Source: Eledone cirrhosa (lineage: Eukaryota). From it: DNA of 64,000 nucleotides. Below, in pieces: positions 59,251 to 64,000 of this stretch. Numbering within the stretch: position 1 is the first letter of the stretch; every line of letters starts with the position of its first letter. The stretch spans positions 49,910,001-49,974,000 of the forward strand of contig OZ024745.1 of NCBI GenBank assembly GCA_964016885.1. The letters are read 5' to 3'. The notes beneath the pieces are model-generated. The model made no database searches. It worked only from the letters and a program-made list of their open reading frames with translations, and was not told the DNA's origin. The translations under genes and the position numbers were made by a program.

Positions 59251-59470
59251 CATCATCATCATCATCATCATCAACGTTTAACGTCCGTGTTCCACGCTTG
59301 CATGGGTTTGGACGGGGGTATTCCCACTTGAGGCAAGAGTGATTGTCTTGCTCGCATAGGACTGTCTGGCAGGTTTTCTACAGTTGGATGCCCTTCCTAA
59401 CACCAACCACATTTACAGTGTGGGACTGGGAGGTTTTTACCGTGTTGCCTACACGGCCACATTACAGCAT
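59251..59470 (-). mobile_element. RTE 3' UTR fragment, tail-to-tail with the previous element
   Basis: Same sequence as 43710-43930. Confidence 0.9.
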
Positions 59471-60455
59471 GAAAACAAAAATATCATTAGAATAGCGACT
59501 GATCTGGAGGAGAGATATGGAATAAAGCCTGATATAAATCTCTCACCCAGAGAAATCGGAAGATCCTATTCAATGTTCAAACAAGATAACAAAAAATTGA
59601 CCAATTTACAGAAAAAGTTGTGCATGGATACTTGAGGCATAAAACACAGACCATAGAGGGGATAAACCACTCAAAAAGCCTGGCATGGAGTTCTGACAAG
59701 TTTATGACATCACACCTTGAGGGATATCTCTATGCAATACAGGAACAAGAACTCCCTACCAAATATCTGCTGCACAAAAGAGGAGGGACAGCAGCTGACA
59801 ATAAATGTAGGCTATGTAAAACAAAGATCGAGGATGTAAGCCACATTGTTGCCAGCTGCGAAAGAATGTCATCTCGCTACTACCTCCCCATGAGACACGA
59901 TGGGATAGCTAGAACCATCTGGAACGCACTTCGGAAAAAAAAATTAACAACAAACGAGGAGGAATATATTGAGATAGATGGCACTAAGTAATACTGGTGG
60001 AACCTGAAAATAAAAACTGCCACCAAATTAAACACAACCGGCCTGATATTGTTGTTTGGGACCACACATTGAAAACGTGTTCTGTTGTGGAGATCAGCTG
60101 CCCACTTGATGTAAACGTTGTCAGAAAAATACAGGAGAAGGAGGACATCTACGGACCATTGATGAGGAGTTTACAAATCCAGTATCCAAGATACACCTTT
60201 AGCTTCATACCCATCATTATTGGAGCTATGGGTTATATACCAACCCGCTTGGACCAAAGTATGACTGAACTTGGATTTGCGGACAAAAAGCGCAGCTCCC
60301 TAATTCATAGTCTACAAATGGCTGCGATAGCTGGCACCTTCAAAATTTGCAAAACATTCTTGCGATTCAAGGGATGACAATTTCTTTTCTTTTACAACCT
60401 TGCCACCAGGAAGGTGGCCGGTCAAAAAATATACTCAAAATTAAGAGAAAGAGAT
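59471..60455 (+). mobile_element. R4/Dong-like non-LTR element 3' fragment (CCHC knuckle + restriction-like endonuclease)
   Basis: EGYLYAIQEQ, CRLC......VSHIVASC, RHD, NRPDIVV, VEISCP, PIIIGAMG. Confidence 0.85.
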
Positions 60456-60537
60456 ACATATATATACATATATATATACATACATATATATATATACATA
60501 TATATACATATATACATATATATACATATATATATGC

Positions 60538-60582
<45 letters not shown>

Positions 60583-60944
60583 TACATATATATATATATA
60601 CATATATATATATACAATATATATATATACAATATATATATATACAATATATATATATACAATATATATATATACAATATATATATATACAATATATATA
60701 TATACTATATATATATACATATACATATACAATATATATACATATACATATACAATATATATATATATACATATACATATACATATATATATATACATAT
60801 ATATATATACATATATATATATATACATATACATATACATATATATATATACATATACATATACATATATACATATATATATATACATATATATATACAA
60901 TATATATACATATATATATACAATATATATATATATACATATAC

Positions 60945-60991
<47 letters not shown>

Positions 60992-61065
60992 CATATATAT
61001 ATATATACATATACATATATATATACATATACATATACATATATATATACATATATATATACATA
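60456..61065. repeat. (TA)n/(CATATA)n microsatellite
   Basis: Direct reading. Confidence 0.96.
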
Positions 61066-61069
61066 TGAC

Positions 61070-64000
61070 ATATCCATGTCTCTGAGACAAATATAAAGAA
61101 TGCAGTTTTGTCCTGCAGAAGAGCCATCAAAATGGGTACTTTGAATGTGAGGACTATTCGGACGCTGGAGAAGAGAGAGGAGTTGGGACATCTGTTCGAG
61201 GAGAGTGGTATACAGATACTTGCGATCCAAGAACACAGGATTCTACACGATGAGCCCGTGAGGAGTGTGATGTACAGGAAGAGGAAGAGCCAGCTCATCA
61301 CTACATCGGCAGTGAAGAACACAACAAATGCTGCAGTAGGAGGAGTGGGTTTTGTGTTCAGTGCAAAAACCAATCTGTTGGTGAGGGAAATAATGCCTGT
61401 CTCCCCGCGAGTGTTGAGGGTGACCTTCAATGGAAACCCAAGACTGACAGTCATCTCAGCCTATAGTCCAACCGAGGGGGACAGTGATGTGAGTGCGGAA
61501 GAGTTCCATGAGGAGGTGTGTAGAGCTGTCAACACCACTCAGGCACACAATATCCTGCTTGTTTTGGGGGACTTCAATGAACATCTGAGTAAGGAGGGCA
61601 ATGAAGATCCTTTCTGGTACTTCCATAACAACACCAACCGAAATGGAAGACTACTGAGAGACACCCTGCTGGAGGCGAACTTGATGGCGACCAACCTAAG
61701 GTTTAGGAAGAATCTGAGGAAGAAGTGGACCTACATCTCAGATATGCACCTGTCCAAGTCCCAGATTGATTTCATTCTGGTGAGGAAAAAGTGGCGGAAT
61801 AGTGTTCTGAACACGGAACCATACAACTATTTCAGTACACTGGGTAGTGACCACCGGCTTGTTATGAGTGAGGTCCGGGTGAGCTTAAGAAAGAGCAAGG
61901 CTCGGCCCCGGAGAGCAATCTATGACTGGGGAGCTTTCAAGGAAGATGATAAGCGACAGGAGAGGTTCACAGTGGAAGTGAGGAACAGGTTCAGTGTTCT
62001 GTGTGGAGAGACAGAGGATGGACTGAGGAGAGTGTGACACGGAAGTACGGGCACTTCACCAATGCAGTGGTGGAAGCAAGTGAAACCCTGGTACCGAGGA
62101 AAAAGAACAAAAGGAAGCACGTCAGCTCTGCAAACCCAAAAGTGTGTGCAGCCAGAGAACACCTGAAAGCTGTCAAGGACCAATTCTATGCTGATCCTAC
62201 GGAGGAGAGGATGGAGACTGTGGAGGTGATGAGGGAAGAACTCTGTACCGCTTACACTGAGGTCAGAGAGGAGGCACTGATAGAGAAGATCAGAAGTGTG
62301 GAGAGAGTGGTTGACATATCTGGATGTAAGGAGAGCTGGATGATCATCAACGAGATCACAGAGAGGAAGAGAAGGTGTTCAAGTCAGATCCAGGGAACGG
62401 GGCCTGAGGATAGCAAGAGGAAATGGCTAGACCATTTTAGGACCCTACTAGGAGAGCCACCCTCCACAGCCCAGAGCACTGGGGAGATCAGGCGGCTGTT
62501 TGAGGAACTGGATGTTGAGACAGAGCCCTTCACCAGAGAGGAGCTTCAGAGAGCCAAGAAGAGGATCAAGAGGGGCAAGGCTCATGGAGAAGATGGAGGG
62601 GCATCAGAGGTGATGAAGAGGTGTGAGTTTGATGATATCATCCTGGGGTTCTGTAACCAGGCACTGGAGAAAGGAGTTGCCCCGAATCAGTAAAGGATCA
62701 GTAACATCGTCCCAGTGCCAAAGAAGGGAGATCTCTCTAACACCAACAACTACAGGGGGATCTCACTGACGTCACTTGTGGCAAAGACCCTCAACAATAT
62801 GATTCTTAACAGGATCCAGCCTGAGATGGAGAAGAAGCTCAGGGACAACCAGAACGGCTTCAGAGAGGGTAGACCAACCACCAGTCACATCCTGATGCTG
62901 AGGAGGATATTAGAGGGAGCTAGAGCAAAGTGCCTTCCTGCGGTCATGGTTTTCATTGACTTTAGGAAGGCCTTTGATTCTGTGGACCGTTACTGCCTGA
63001 TGAAGATCTTACAGGCTTATGGAATCCCCAAGAAGATAGTGGACTTGATATCACTGCTCTACACCAACAGCAAAGCCCAAGTCATTACACCTGATGCGAT
63101 GACAGAGTTCTTTGAGATACTGGCTGGAGTGCTCCAGGGAGATACATTGGCTCCCTACCTTTTTATCATCGTAGTGGACTATTGTATGCGCCTTGCACTT
63201 GAGAAACACCAGGACTCTGGCTTTACTGTAGCACCGGCTCAGAGCAGGAGAGTTAGGGCGAAAAAGGTATCGGATGCTGAATTTGCCGACGATATAGTTT
63301 TGGTGACAAATACAGTGAAGGAGGCAGAGGATTTGATGCGGGAGGTTGAGACTGTGTCGATGAGTGTGGGGCTGAGAATGAATGAGACTAAAACAAAATA
63401 TCTGGTAGAGAATGTTGAGAAGCCAGAGGGGATCACTAATGTAGGTGGGAAGCCGCTAGAATTGGTTGAGGGCTTCCTGTATTTGGGAGCAAATATTGGG
63501 AATACGGAAGATGATGTGGTTGAGAGGAAGAGCAAGGCCTGGGCGGCGTGCCACAGCTTGAGATCGGTGTGGAAGTCGGACCTTCGTAGAGACCTGAAAG
63601 TCCGCCTCTTCATTGCTGTAGTAGAGTCTGTGCTGCTGTATGGGTCTGAGACTTGGACACTGACCAAGAAACTCACTCAGATGGGGGATGGGTGCTACAC
63701 GAGAATGCTGAGGATGGCTTTGAACATTAATCAGTATACACTGAGGATGAAAAACTCAGAGCTGTATGGGAGCATCCCAAAAAGTCAGCTCAAAAGTGAC
63801 ACAGAGGAGACTGAGGTTAGCTGGACGTGCTCACCGACATCCAGAGTTGACATTGCACTCAGCGCTCCTTTGGGAGCCCCTACATAGACACACTAGAAGA
63901 GGAAGACCAAGGTTAACGTATGTTGATGCCCTAAGGACATACACTGGTCTGTTGGAGACGCAGGACATGGCAGCGATAATGAGAGACAGAGACCACTGGA
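61070..64000 (+). mobile_element. APE-RT LINE of a different family (RTE-group/Proto2-like), disrupted, running off the window
   Basis: GTLNVRT, AIQEHR, SAYSPT, GDFNE, QIDFIL, SDHRL; NYRGISL, QNGFR, DFRKAFDS, GVLQGDTLAP, FADD, YGSETW; frameshift at ~62035, stop at 62693; no PHD insert. Confidence 0.92.

Overview
Gene-free, extremely repeat-dense eukaryotic DNA. The (TA)n/(TATATACA)n seas, RTE LINEs with (GAT)n tails and tRNA-headed SINEs are most consistent with an octopus/coleoid cephalopod genome (inference from repeat types). No host gene is supported, and all Tyr/Ile/His/Cys-rich ORFs are microsatellite artefacts. Supported content: six Penelope-like element (PLE) pieces (three YRDD/CxCx5C Hydra-type with RT, two GIY-YIG-only, one Neptune-type), about ten RTE copies or fragments with a PHD-type zinc finger inside the RT region, one other APE-RT LINE, an R4-like RLE fragment, a Buster-type hAT with matching 8-bp TSD, a head-to-tail Helitron array and several SINEs. 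The main unannotated signal is RNA structure. There are about 14 complete or near-complete hammerhead ribozyme (HHR) motifs from at least seven sequence families, plus truncated halves. Several sit in fold-back palindromes, one of which turns exactly where HHR stem II would be.
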